From Mobula hypostoma (lineage: Eukaryota), in NCBI RefSeq assembly GCF_963921235.1, contig NC_086097.1, forward strand, positions 124,250,001-124,314,000: 64,000 bases of DNA, in the 5' to 3' direction. Each line of letters opens with the position of its first letter. Within the stretch, counting starts at the first letter, position 1. Of this stretch, positions 1 through 12,509 are shown piece by piece. The notes beneath the pieces were generated by a model. That model saw nothing but the letters and a program-made list of their open reading frames with translations, was not told the origin of the DNA and did not search any database. The translations under genes and the position numbers were made by a program.

Positions 1-592
1 TACCTTCTACAGGAGTGCATTGGGGAGATTCCTAACATGCTGCATCACGGAGTGGTATGGGAACTGCACTGCGGCAGCCAGGAGGGCTCTACGACGGATA
101 GCTAAAACTGTTCAACATGTCACTGATACAAGCCTACCTGCCTTCAAGGACATATATACACAGGCAGGTGCTGGAAAAAAGCCAGCAAGGTCATGAAGGA
201 CCAATCCCATCCACCCTGCTCTTGCGGACTATTTGTCCCAGTCCCATCAGGGAGGAAGCTACGCAGCATCCACACCAGGACCACCAGACTCAAAAGCAGT
301 TACTTCCCCCAAGCCAACAGGCTGATCAACATCTCCACTCATCAACCCACCTATCCCACCATGACTATCATTTCCTGTCAGAATCACGTTATGCACAGAT
401 ACCCCTCTACCTAGAATCACGTTACATACGTACAATCAGACTAAGAACACAAGTTAATCTTATGAATTCGTGTTTCTCATGTGTTCTTTTATGCTTATTG
501 TGCATTTTGTGTGCTGCATCAGATCCGAAGTAGAAATCATTTTGGTCCCCTTTACACTTGTGTACTGACAAATACAAAGCACAATCTTGAAT
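1..592 (+). mobile_element. Rex1/Babar-type LINE, 3' fragment
   Basis: Decayed C-terminal RT-associated peptide (TFYR..LTCCITEWYGNC, PSGRKLRSIHTRTTRLKSSYFPQA) followed by a 3' UTR; homologous to 12647-13012. Confidence 0.75.
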
Positions 593-1019
593 GTTACATC
601 AGTGAATCAAAAGCCCATTGCACCCTCAGAATTTGAGAAGTAGCATTAAATAAGGAAGCTATTTGTTAGATTGTGGAGGGGATACTTCACGTTTCTCAAT
701 TAGAAGCTGAGTGGTTTCAAGTAGCGCCTAGCCTCCCCATTTGTGCCCACCAGAATGCCACTAAGTACATGAATGACATTCTTTGGGATTGTTTCAAACA
801 TGAGCCAGTTAATAATTCCTTCAATTCACTGTGCAATCCCCATTTCTAAAAATTCACTGCTGCATTTAGAATACTATGACAATGTTTAAATTCTTTGGGC
901 TTGGGTTCGATTGGGATTGCATATGATTATGTCAGCTTTAAATTTTATGCCCAAGAAAACCTCTAATGCTATACAGGAGATCAAAAAAGTGATTATGCTA
1001 GCAGCTGAAGGCTTATTAT

Positions 1020-1230
1020 TGAGACTGCAAGTGCGAGGGAGTAAGGGGCTTGCTTTGCTGATATTCTGTTGCGTGTATGTTCTTCAAACATGGTGAGCAT
1101 GCTATGTTAGCACAGGCAATACCTGCAGGTTGCCCCAGCAAACCCTCAGGTTACGTTGGTTGTTAAAACAAACTACACATTTCACTGAATGTTTCCATGT
1201 ACCGCACATGTAATAAATAAATGAATCTGT
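1020..1230 (+). repeat. Unclassified interspersed repeat 3' tail
   Basis: The motif 'tgccccagca..cctcaggt..gttggttgttaaaacaaac..catttcactg..aataaatgaatctg' recurs at about 42930-43090 (-), 44280-44345 and 57670-57800. Confidence 0.6.
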
Positions 1231-1339
1231 TCCCTGAATAAAGAACAAAAGATAAAACTGGATTAGATGGTTGCAAGCTCATTTGTCACCCAAAAAACAT
1301 CCATCTACCTAGCAGAGTAAAGCACTGGACTGCCAAACC

Positions 1340-1500
1340 CCAAATACACACTCCAGACACTTGAAAACAAAGTTCTGGCCAATTCTAGCACAATGGTGAC
1401 ATTCACTACACCAAGTGCTGCCTTCACTGCCTTTTGGATCAGACATTAAATCAAGTCTGATCTGTCCTTTCACACTGTTGACATTATTCTATGGGGCAGT
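1340..1500 (+). mobile_element. Old DeuSINE (SacSINE1-like) remnant
   Basis: Degenerate match to the Deu-domain pattern (cactccagacacttga..gccttttggatcagacattaaatcaag..ctgtcc), also seen at 25502. Confidence 0.4.
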
Positions 1501-1519
1501 TTCAAAAATGAACCAGTTA

Positions 1520-1740
1520 ATTTATCTTTTTTATTTAGAGGTACTATGCGGTAACAAGCCCTTCGAACCAACAAGCCCAAGCCAGCCAATTACACTGTAA
1601 CCTACTAACCCATATGTTTTTTGAATGTGGGAGGAAACCCACAAAGTCATGGGGAGAATGTGTGAACTCCTTACAGACAGTGACAGGAATCAAACCTGGA
1701 TCACTAGCGCTGTAATAGCTTCACATTACCATGCTGCCCG
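1520..1740 (-). mobile_element. V-SINE (HE1-like tRNA-derived SINE)
   Basis: Reverse complement shows a tRNA-like head, the V core (ggagtt..ttctcccc..gggtttcctccca) and a CR1-like tail. Confidence 0.75.
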
Positions 1741-2523
1741 AGCTTATCCCTTGCAATTCACTGACCAATAACATTCCTGAAAAAAAAATTGCTGCATTTC
1801 AGCTACCACTATTATTGTTAAACACAAGAAACCTCAGGACCATCCACTGTCATGTCTCATTATTAGCATGTCCTTTCTTACAAGCAGGTCCAGTTATGCG
1901 AATTAACTCAAGTCTATGGCATTACAGCCCAAAATGGAGTTGATGACTTCTGACTGAGGGATGAGAATTGGTGGGAGATGATCATTGCTATCCATGGTTA
2001 AACATGCCTACTGTTTTACAACCAGTTTTGATTTTTTTTAAAAATCAAAAATTGAGAGACTGCAAACTTACAAAGAAAAGCATACTCCTAAAATAGATCA
2101 AATGGAACAAGTCAGTGACAACTTGCAGGACTCCTCTCAACTTCCCTCTCTGGGCTAGAACATGGTTCAAGCTACCACCAGTTCTCCAAAACTAAACCAC
2201 CACAGATTTTTTTCCTCTTTTATTGACATCTCAGACAGAAATAATATTGCAAAAAGTTCCAAGAGGTGATAGAACTGTGGACCCGCTATCATTAATTTGA
2301 ATGTCATCTGCTATAACTGCTCTATCAAAATAGGATACATGCACACAAACTTTAAAAAAAAAACAAATTTCCAGATTTTCAAAATAAAATGTAATCTGAT
2401 CCTCCAACTGCCTGAAATTATTCTTAAAGGTCTACAAGGATACCAGAACATTTGTATTTAGATATAAGGACTTACACTGACATCACAACTTTTATATCCC
2501 TTTTACAATTCCAAAACACTATA

Positions 2524-3821
2524 CAGGCATCCCCCGCTTTTCCAACGTTCGCTTTACAAAACCTTACTGTTACGAAAGGCCTACATTAGTACCATGTTTT
2601 CGCTAACAGAAGGTGTTTTCACTGTTACGAAGAAAGGCAGCGTGCGAAAAAAATAAGCGTGCGCCCCTAGCAGCCACTCTCCCCTGGATTCGGAACTGCA
2701 TTCTCGCCAGCGTTGCTTAAACATGTGTCTTTAAGCAGCTGTTTGCAAGATGTTTTCTATGGTACCGGAAAAGCCTGAAAGAGCTCGTAAGGGTGTTACA
2801 CTTAGCGTAAAACTAGACATAATTAAGCATTTTGATCGTAGTGAACGAAGTAAGGACTAAGTGAGTTTGGCTTGTGGAAGCTGACGAAGATGACGTTGAA
2901 GAGGTTTTGGCATCCCATGACCAAGAACTGATAAATGAAGAACTGATGCAATTGGAAGAGGAAAAGATAACAATCGAAATCGAATGAGTAATGATAAAGT
3001 ATGACTTTAATTTTGAAAGGGTACGTCGGTTTAGGGGATATTTGCAGGATGGTTTGAGTGCTTACAAAGAACTGTATGATCTAAAAATGCGCGAGGGTCA
3101 GCAGTCAAGCAAGCCTTCCACATCAGCCACAGCAGACGACGAACCTCGACCTTCGACATCGAGGCGGGCAGTCATAGGAGAAGATGAGCTGTCTGCCCTA
3201 ATGGAAATAGACAATGAGATGACACCCCAGTGTCCCACCACCCCAACACCCAGGCTGCGGACAGATACCGATTCGCGGAGAATGCAAAGGTAGCCGGGAG
3301 GCACACAGCACATCTTTAACAAAAAAGTCAAAATAAACACGCTAATTAATTAGGTGCCGCCCGACACGTAATTGTCAGCCCAGATCAGAGGCGACACAAT
3401 CGACATTGATCCGGGCAGACAATTACATGCCGGGCGACACCTAATTAATTAGCATGTTTATTTCTGCTTTTTTCTTAAAGATGTGCTGGATGCGTCCCGG
3501 CTACCGCACTACCACTACATGCTTCGCAGCAATGTATCACTCGGCAGCCTGGAGGGTGGGGGCCACCGCACCACCCAAACTCTGACAAGTCTAACACACC
3601 ATCATCAGTGTGCTCCATGCTTTCCCAATTCCGGTATATGTTACTGTTATTTTAGGTTTTATGTGTTATTTGGCAAGATTTGGTAGGTTATTTTTGGGTC
3701 TGCAAACGCTCACAAAATTTTCCCATATGAATAAATGGTAATTGCTTCTCCGCTTTACAACATTCTGGCTTACGAACCGTTTCATAGGAACGCTCTACGT
3801 TTGGATGGCGGGGGAAACCTG
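2524..3821 (+). mobile_element. Tigger/pogo-like non-autonomous DNA transposon
   Basis: TIRs caggcatcccccgc / gcgggggaaacctg are each flanked by TA. Transposase remnants are present (RKGVTLSVKLDIIKHFDRSERSKD, DVEEVLASHDQELINEELMQLEEE), plus an internal hairpin. Confidence 0.8.
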
Positions 3822-3839
3822 TATTCAAAACACAATTGG

Positions 3840-4040
3840 AGTGGCATCACTGTTATGTGAAAAACATGATGGCTAATTTGCAAATGGCAAGCTCCTATAA
3901 GCAGCAATGCAATAATGACAACTAAAAATAGTTTTATCTAATGTAGAAAAACAAACATTGCTAAGGGTACTGCAAATTTTGCCCATGCGTTTCAAAATAA
4001 GCCATGAGAATTTGCATATACTCAAGAGAACAGATGAAAG
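3840..4040 (-). mobile_element. Old DeuSINE remnant
   Basis: Reverse complement resembles the Deu-domain 3' part (ttatt..cattgctgcttataggagcttgcc..caaattagcc..acagtga). Confidence 0.45.
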
Positions 4041-4081
4041 ATGATGACAACAATGACATTTCTCACAGTAGGAGATTAAAG

Positions 4082-4392
4082 AGATAAGCTTTATTTATCA
4101 TAGCTACATTGGAGCATACAGTGAAATGTATCATTTGCATCAAAATCACATCAGCAAGGATTGTGCAGGAGGAAGTCCACAAGTCCACATTTCTGGCAAC
4201 AACACAGCATGCCCACAACTCAATAACCCTAACAACATGCTTTTTTAAAATTTGGAAGGAAACCAAAGCATCGGAAGAAACCCACGCGGTCATGGAGAGA
4301 ATATACAAACTCCCGTACAGACAGCAACAGGAATCAAACCCTGATCTTACAGATGGTGCTGTAAGAGTTATGCTAGGATACTGCATACCCTA
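4082..4392 (-). mobile_element. V-SINE with alternative 3' tail
   Basis: tRNA head and V core (ggagtttgtatattctctcc..gcgtgggtttcttccgatgct) joined to a tail like the 1020-1230 family. Confidence 0.65.
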
Positions 4393-6094
4393 GCACTGCA
4401 TTGGAGAACAAAATTGGGTTTTGTGTTCAAGTCTAGCAACTGACATTTAAATACATGAATTTTTGACTCGGACTACTGTAACCCAAGATACACAATACAA
4501 TGGTATCGGTAATGACCACAAAAAATATTATGAAACTATATACCCTGGAGATTTGGTAGGATTGGTTCCTTCCAGGCTTCATCCTGGAATGGGTACAGGT
4601 GTGCAAAGGATGCTTTGTCAGTGAAGAATTTGCCAAAAGTTTGTTCAATGAATTAAACCGAGCTTGTAAAGACACTATACATCTCTGCAGCTAATTATGA
4701 TAACTTATTAAAGATTTACTTTGTAAATATTCCTTTCTGGGGCTTTCAATTTATTTCTAGTCAATGTTGAAAAGCTTTTTGCTTTCTTCAGGTGAGGTTC
4801 TGATTGCATATGACAATGATTAAATAGGATTAGCATCATTAGCATTTAGTAGCATTAAACACTCAGGAGCACATTATTAGCATTGTAAACATCAGACTCA
4901 AGATGGTCTAGAATTGCCAGAAATGTACACCTTGTACTTCAGTGACATCAAGATTAAAAAGTAATTGGTTCTCAAGAATGCAATTAAATACTCTTATACT
5001 TGGCTATTAGACAAAACATCAATAGCTAATCTTCAAAATATTGAAGTAACAAAAACATAGCTGCAGTCTAAGCAAGACATCCAGTTGACTTAAGAAGCTA
5101 TCAATACAAAAATGGGAGACTAACAATTTTGCTTTCTGGAATTAACAGCTCATTTATCATAGACTGCCTTTCCAGAATAGATGATCCTCAAATCCAATCA
5201 GCAATTAGCAAGCCAATTCATACTATAACAGTACCAACCACAAAAGTGAACATTAACCAACATTTCCATCCCCATCACTGCCAAACAATATCCCAAAACA
5301 CAACCCTTCTAACCTTTCTCACTATAAAAATGTACAATATCGAGCCAAAGCAAACCACATCCTATGCATCAGTTAATGGTTGGTAACAAAATGAAAAGTT
5401 TACTTTGCCATTCCTTTTCTCAAAGCCATCATTTTCATCATTTTTTTCTGCTCATATGTCCAAGTATTTCCTATCTGCTCTAGGTAATTTTTATTAGAAA
5501 ATGCTCCTTGCAGTGACATGGGAAGTTTGTTCAATGATGCTATACAACTGCCAGTCCAAAGCTGTAATCCAGAGCTTTCAAATAGGGTATTCACTCCAAA
5601 ATCAATATCCTGTGAGAGAAGCACATACCCACAAGCTAAACTCAGGTTAAGACCACCACTGGCTGGTAGCTATTATCAACATACACAAAGCCAAGCAAAG
5701 AATGGCAATGGGGAAAATTAACAAAAAAGCAAAATTCTAATATCTATACAAAAAATTGCATTCAGTACTAATCCTTCTGCCTGAGGATGCCATTAGATGC
5801 AAAACCTTAAAGTTAATTACCTTTGAATGATAATCAATTAGGTCAGTTTTGATCAATAAACTGAATACACCAAAGGGCAAATTTTCTCTTCAAACACAAG
5901 GTCCTGACCTTTACCATCTCATCAACCAATTAATTTTCTTTAAGAGCTTTTACACTTATGGTCAATGCCATAAATTTAATTTTCACAGTTATGTGAAAAC
6001 AATGGCATCTAACTTTTTAAAACCAAAAATTAATTAATCACTGAACAGAAAAAGTTGGCTGACAACTGCACAGAACAATTGACATTTACTCTTG

Positions 6095-6335
6095 AAGCAG
6101 TAGTTAGTAGTTATGGTAACGCCATTACAGCACCAACGATACAGGCTGAATTCCTGCTGCTGTCTGTCAGGAGTTTGGATGTTTTCCCCACAACTGCGTG
6201 GGCTTTCCTCCAGGTGCTCACGTTTGCTCCATCATTCCAAAGACCTGCTGGTTGAAGGTCATATGGTGTGACTAAGCAGCATAGGTTCATTCAGGCCAGA
6301 AGGGCCCGTTACCATGCTGTATCTCCAAATAAAAT
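6095..6335 (+). mobile_element. V-SINE (HE1-like)
   Basis: Box A/B-like head, V core ggagtttggatgttttcccc..gcgtgggctttcctccaggtgctc, tail gggcccgttaccatgctgtatctccaaataaaata. Confidence 0.75.
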
Positions 6336-7254
6336 AACAAGAAATAAAAGTCCTATATTAGTCACTAACTATAATAATCAGAAATATCTAAAAAGTGAGG
6401 CAACTACACAAAGATTTTTTACCATCACATTAAGCAGTCTGAGGCAAGCAATTCTGATGTTTACAATTGCAGTCAATTTAAAAACAGCAAAGCTATCTTT
6501 ATTGTAACTAAATTTGGGTAGATGATCACTTCCAATACAAATGCATAATGCCTTGTATTTAAGCCCTCCAATGAGTTTAACAACTGGCCTGTGAATATTC
6601 TCCACCAAAAACTGGTTTTAAGCGACTTCCAGGCCAGTAACAAGTTATTAGGCCTCAATACTTCTATGGGTGAAAGCCAAAGAGCTAGGAATAATAATAT
6701 TCTTTCATATTGTTTCTCCAGATGAAAAACAGTTGTTTGCTGGGGTATAAGAAAAATTGCAATACCATTACTCACATACAAATCTGGACAGAGTGTGTGG
6801 GCGGGGAGGAACACTGCTGAGAAAGACTGTGCCATAACTAGGCATGTAACAACGCATAATTCTATTGAATGATAATATTCAAACTGTCTACTTCGATAAC
6901 ACTCTCCCTAATCCGTAAAAAAAATCAACAGGGACATTTTTGGAGGAGGCACCACCTGTAGTATCCTGTTGAGCATTCAAAGCAAGTCAAATTATTAATC
7001 AAGTATAACAAAACAACGATGAAGTCAAATGGCAATTAAGGAATTTGGTCCATACATTGGCTCAAGCATTATCTTGGTAGCTTAAATTTTAAGGATTGTT
7101 AAATTCCTCTCTCTTCCTTGGGCTTCAACCTACTGAATCATGATACAAAGCAGTAGATCGGCTCTTGGTATAAAACTATTGCTGCTAACCATCAAGGTTT
7201 GTGTTTACAAACACAAGACATCCTGAGTTGAAAGCAGAGGCTGGCGGAAAATGC

Positions 7255-8117
7255 ACCCAACACACATTCTCCACAACTTACACCATTTTCACCTTGAATC
7301 TACCGCCAAATATTTTACATCCCCTCCCCAAGTCTTCCACTTTCCACAGGGATTACTCCCTCTGATTCCCTTGTCAATTCATCCCTCCTCACTATCTCCT
7401 TACTGGCACATACACCTACAAACAGAAGTGCTACACCTGCCATTCACCCCCTTCCTCATCTCCATTCAGGACCCCAAACAATCCTTCCAGGTGAGGCAAC
7501 ACTTCACCTGCGAATCTGTGGGGGTCATCTACTATATTCGGTGTTCCTGATGTGATCTCCCCTACAGTGTTGAGACTATGTAGATTGGGGAACCACTTTG
7601 TTGAGCACATCCGCTCCATCAGCAAAAAGCTGGATTTCCCAGTGGCCAACCATTTCAATTCCTATCCCCATTCTGAAATGTCAGTCCATGGCCTCTTCTT
7701 CTGCCATATCGAGTCCACTCTTCCCTCTCAGGTTCCATCTAGATAGCCTCCAACCTAATGGCATGACCATCAATTTCTTCAATTTCCAGCAATTTTCCCC
7801 TTCTCCTTCAATTCCCCACTCTGGCCTCCTACCTCTTATCACCTGCCCTTCACATCCCCCAGTGCCCCTCCTCCTTCCCTTTCTCCTATGGTCCACTCTC
7901 CCATCAGATTGCCTTTTCTACTCATCACCTCCCAGCTTCTTACTTCATCCCCTCACCACCCACCGAGATTCACCCATCATCTTTCAGCTTGTCAGCTTAT
8001 GTCCCTCTTTCTTCCTAGTCCGGGTGAAGGGTCTCGGCTTGAAACCTTGACTGTTTATGCATTTCCACAGAGGCTGCCTGACCTCCTGAGTTCCTCCTGC
8101 ATTTTGTGTGTGTTGCT
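7255..8117 (+). mobile_element. Penelope-like element 3' fragment (GIY-YIG endonuclease remnant plus pLTR)
   Basis: QSFQVRQHFTCESVGVIYYIRCS and RLGNHFVEHIRSI peptides, a pyrimidine-rich tract, a degenerate hammerhead motif at 8017-8052 and the end gagttcctcc..attttgtgtgtgttgc. Confidence 0.75.
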
Positions 8118-8409
8118 TAAGGCTTGCATTTATTTCACTTGGATTGCTGTCAGAACAGACACTTTTTTGCTCCATGCTGTAATTCATCTTGCAGACTTGC
8201 TTTGATTCTGAGTTTCACAAAAGGGCGACCAACCACCACCAAGGCAGAAAACTTTGCCTCAGATACATCTACTCTTCATAACAAAGTCGTCATTTCGAGA
8301 TACAGCTGATTCATTTGCCCACCTCAAAACAGAATCAGATTTATTAGCTCTAACATATATCACAAAATTTGTTCTTTTGCAGAAGTAGCACAGGGCCATA
8401 CATTAAATA

Positions 8410-9238
8410 TAGACTGGATTCTGGTTAACTGGGACACATTGGGACCAGTAATTTTGGCCCAATTAGGCAGCTACAATTAGCAAAAGTTTCATGGAAATAG
8501 TTAAAAATGTATTAAAAAAATAATTTTAACTAAGATAACAAATTATGCATTTAAATAAAATAAAATTGGAATAACAATACTAGTATAGTACTATAAATCT
8601 ATAGTTCCTAATAGTTATCAATGAAGGAATTCATTCAGTTTATGGCCCTCTGTTCTTTTGATTGACTTTAAATGAACAAAATCAGCACAGACGCCTAGTG
8701 TAGATAATGGACTGCTTTCGTACAATGCTTTCAATGACTGCATCCTCCAAATCTTCATTTTCATTGTAACATTCATGATGATTGTCAATACCTACAAATT
8801 TTTTGTAGTTCCTAACTTGAAGTAGTGAAATGATTTCATTTTCACTCCCGACCATTCCTGGCATCTCCAAGGCTAAGTGCTTGAAACTGCAATAAGCACC
8901 ACTGTTCCAAATTGTCTTACTGCTTATTCCTCGCCAACTATCAGAGACAAAAATCACTGCTTTTTGAACACAAACACATGTAACTGATGCTACTTAAAAA
9001 CTGTTCGCTGCAAGCGCTGTGTAAATATTTAACGGCCACACAAGTGCATACGACTGATGCTAGTTAGAAACTTCAGCAACAGTCTCCTGCTCCAGTTAAG
9101 TGGCATAGTGTCCCAAATAAACAAAGAACTTCTGCTATTTTCTCAATTTTTATACTTTGAGGTGTCCCAAATAAGCAGCTATCCTGATTAACTGATGGTC
9201 CGATTAACTGATGGTCCAATTAACTAGAATCCACTGTA
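8410..9238 (-). mobile_element. Tigger/pogo-like non-autonomous DNA transposon
   Basis: Ends tggattctggttaactggg / ccaattaactagaatccactg-TA; transposase C-terminal remnant (IFVSDSWRGISSKTIWN) on the minus strand. Confidence 0.7.
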
Positions 9239-9493
9239 CTATATAAAAAAAAATGTCACTGAGCAGAGGAAGTGTGGGACTCAAAATTAGGGCATAATTT
9301 AATTTGGTAATTCTTTCTATATAGCATGAAAAAGTCAAACCAGGATATCCATCTCAAGTAATCAATTATGTTAAGAACAGATCAATTTCTCAAAATCTGT
9401 TGGTTTTTGCCATTCCCTGCTACTTGGGTTTGCTTCAATGGGCAGCAAGCATTTCTCAGTAAATCAACTTTTATTGTAAACAATTATGAGAAT

Positions 9494-9990
9494 AACACAC
9501 AAAATTCTGGAGGAACTCAGCAGCATCTACGCAGAGGAACAAACAGTCAACCTTTCAGCCAGAGGCCCTTCATCAGGATTGGAAAGGAAATGGGGAAAAA
9601 GCCAGATACGAAGGTGTGGTGAGGTAAAGGAGGAGTACAAGCTGACAGGTGATAAGTGAAACCAGTTGGGGGGGGGGTGGGGGGGAAGGTAGATGGGTAT
9701 GGGGGGGGATACAAGCTGACAGGTGATAAGTGAAACCAGTTGGGGGGTGGGTGAGGGGAGAAAGATGAAGCGAGAGACTGGGAGGTGATAGGTGGAAAAG
9801 GATTCTGATAGGAGAGGAGAGTGGACCATGGGAGAAATGGAGGCAGGAGAGTTACCAGAGGGAGGTGATACACAGGTGAGAAGAGAAGGGGTATGAGGGG
9901 AGTCAGAATTGGGAATGAGGAAGGGAGAAAAATAACTGGAAGCAAAGAGAAATCAATGTTCATACAGTCAGGCTGGAGGCTAACCAGACT
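9494..9990 (-). mobile_element. Penelope-like element 3' fragment/pLTR
   Basis: acacacaaaattctggaggaactcagcag end, hammerhead motif at 9544-9581, LQPDCMNIDFS remnant and an internal ~40-bp duplication. Confidence 0.75.
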
Positions 9991-10241
9991 GAACATAACT
10001 GCTGTCAGCATCAGATTCAAACCAATCACATCAGCAGAAATCAAAGCTTACAGTTAAGAGCACCTCTGTGTATACAGACAACTCATCACAAACTACCAAA
10101 ACTATTTTTAAAAAACACTCAGAGATAATGAGGCGATCTGCAGAACTCCTGTCACCAATCTATTTAGCGCATTTTTATAACAGAGCCACTTATAAATCAA
10201 AGAAATTATGCATTTAGCTAATTACTCTAATCATACTAATA

Positions 10242-10452
10242 CACTTAGTGATTGCTTTATTAGGTACACCTACTCATTAATGAGAAAATCTAATCAGCCA
10301 GTCATGTGACAGCAACTCAACACATGTAGACATGGTCAAGAGGTTCAGTTGTTGTTCAGATCAAACATCAGAATGGGGAAGAAATGTGATCCAAGTGACT
10401 TTGACTGTGGAATGATTCTCTGTACCAGACAGGGTGGTTCTAGTATCTCAGA
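10242..10452 (+). mobile_element. Tc1-like non-autonomous transposon, left part
   Basis: TA plus TIR cacttagtgattgctttattaggtacac; transposase N-terminus MGKKCDPSDFDCGMI; the element continues at 15802. Confidence 0.75.
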
Positions 10453-11016
10453 TCCTGGACTACCTGTCAGATCGCCAGCAGGTGGTAAGAGTGAGCTCCC
10501 TCACCTCTACCCCCCAACAAAGGTGCCCCTCAGGGCAATGTCCTTGGCCCCCTCCTTTATTCTCTGTATACCCATGACTACGTGGCCACCCACAGCTCCA
10601 ATCTGCTAATTATATTTGCTGACGATACTACATTGATTGGCCTAATCTCAAATAATAATGAGGCAGCATACACAGAAGTCGTCACCCTGACACAGTGGTG
10701 TCAACGAAACAACATCTCCCTCAATGTTGCAAAAACAAAGGAGTTGGTTGTGGACTACAGGACTGATGGAGAAGGGCTAGCCCCTACTGATATCAATGGA
10801 TCTGGGGTTGAGAGGGTGAACAGCTTTAAATTCCTCAGCATAAACATCACCGAGGATCTCACGTGGTCTGTAAATACTGGCTGTGTGGTGAAAAAGGTAC
10901 AACAGCGCCTCTTTCACCTCAGATGGTTGAGGAAGTTTGGTATGGGCCCACCCCCAAATCCTAAGAACTTTCTACAGGGGCACAATTGACAGCATTCTGA
11001 CTGGCTACATCACTGC
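10451..11016 (+). mobile_element. Rex1/Babar-type LINE RT fragment
   Basis: IFADDTTLIGLISNNNEAAY..NVAKTKELVVDYR..VERVNSFKFL peptide. Confidence 0.8.
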
Positions 11017-12509
11017 CTACAACACTACCAGCCCCTCCACCAATCTTCCTATCATCTACAAACTTGGCAACAAAGCCATCTATTCCATCATCTAAATCAT
11101 TTATATACAACATAAAAAGAAGTGGTCCCAACACCGACCCCTGCGGAACACCACTGGTCACTGGAAGCCAACCAGAAAAGGATCCTTTTATTCCCACTCG
11201 CTGCCTCCTACCAATCAGCCAATGCTCTAAACATGTTAGTACCTTTCCTGTAATATCATGAGCTCTTAACTTGGTAAGCACCCTCATGTGTGGCACCTTG
11301 TCAAAGGCCTTCTGAAAGTCCAAATATACAATATCCACTGCATCCCCTTTATCTATCCTACTTGTAATCTCCTCAAAGAATTCCAACAGGCTCGTCAGGC
11401 AGAATTTGCCCTGAAGGAAACCATGCTGACTTTGTACTATCTTGACCTGTGTCACCAAGTGCTCCATCACCTTATCCTTATCAATTGACTCTAACATCTT
11501 CCCAACCACTGAGGTCAGGCTAACTGGTTTATAATTTCTTTTATGCTGCCTTCCTCCTTTCTTCAAGAGTGGGGTAACATTTGCAATTTTCCATTGTCCA
11601 ATGATTTTGAAAGATCATTTCTAATGCCACCACAATTTATAAGGTTACCTCTTTCAGAACCTAGGGTGCAGTTGCTCTGGTCCAGGTGACCTGTGTACCT
11701 TCAGGTGCTTCAGTTTTTTGAGCATCTTCTCTCTTGTAACAGTAACTGCACCCACGACTCTTCTTCACACACTACATCAGGCATACTGCTAGTGTTTTCC
11801 ACAGTGAAAACTGATGCAAAATACTCATTTAGTTCATCAGCCATTTCCTTGTCTCCTGTTATTATTTCTCCTGCCTCATTTTCTAGTGGTCCTATATCCA
11901 CTCTCATTTCTCTTTTATTTATAACATACTTGAAAAAAACTTGTTCTAGCCACTTTGATATTACTTGCTAGCTTGCATTCATATTTCATCTTTTCCCTTC
12001 TAACAATATTTTTAGTTGTTCTCTGTAGGTCTTTAAAAATTTCCAAATCCTCTATCGTCCCACTAATTTTTGCTTTGTTGTATGCCCTTTCTTTTGCTTT
12101 TACAATATCTTTGACTTCCCTTGTCAGCCACAGTTGTACTATTTAACCATTTGAGTATTTCTTCATTTTCAGAATATACCTGTCCTACACCTTCCTCATT
12201 TTTCCCAGAAACACACCATTGCTGCTCTGCTGACATCCCTGCCAGCAGCTCCTTCCAATTTACTTTGGCCAACTCCTCTCTCATACCACTGTAATTTCCC
12301 TTACTCCATTGAAATACTGCTACATCAGACTTTACTTTCTCCCTATTAAATTTTAAGTTGAACAGAGTCATGTTGTGATTACTGGTTCCTAAGGGTTTTT
12401 TACCTCAAGTTCCCTAATCGTCTCCGGTTCATTACAGAACACCCAATCCAGTATAGCTGATCCCCTAGTAGGCTGAATGACAAACTGCTCTAAAAAAGCT
12501 ATCTCTTAG
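11017..12509 (-). mobile_element. CR1 LINE ORF2 fragment (RT)
   Basis: [43 protein letters not shown] and FVDD motifs; continues at 15523. Confidence 0.9.

Noticed and set aside
4540..4700. Unique, coding-looking stretch
   Set aside because: Weak splice signals and no recognisable protein in any frame.
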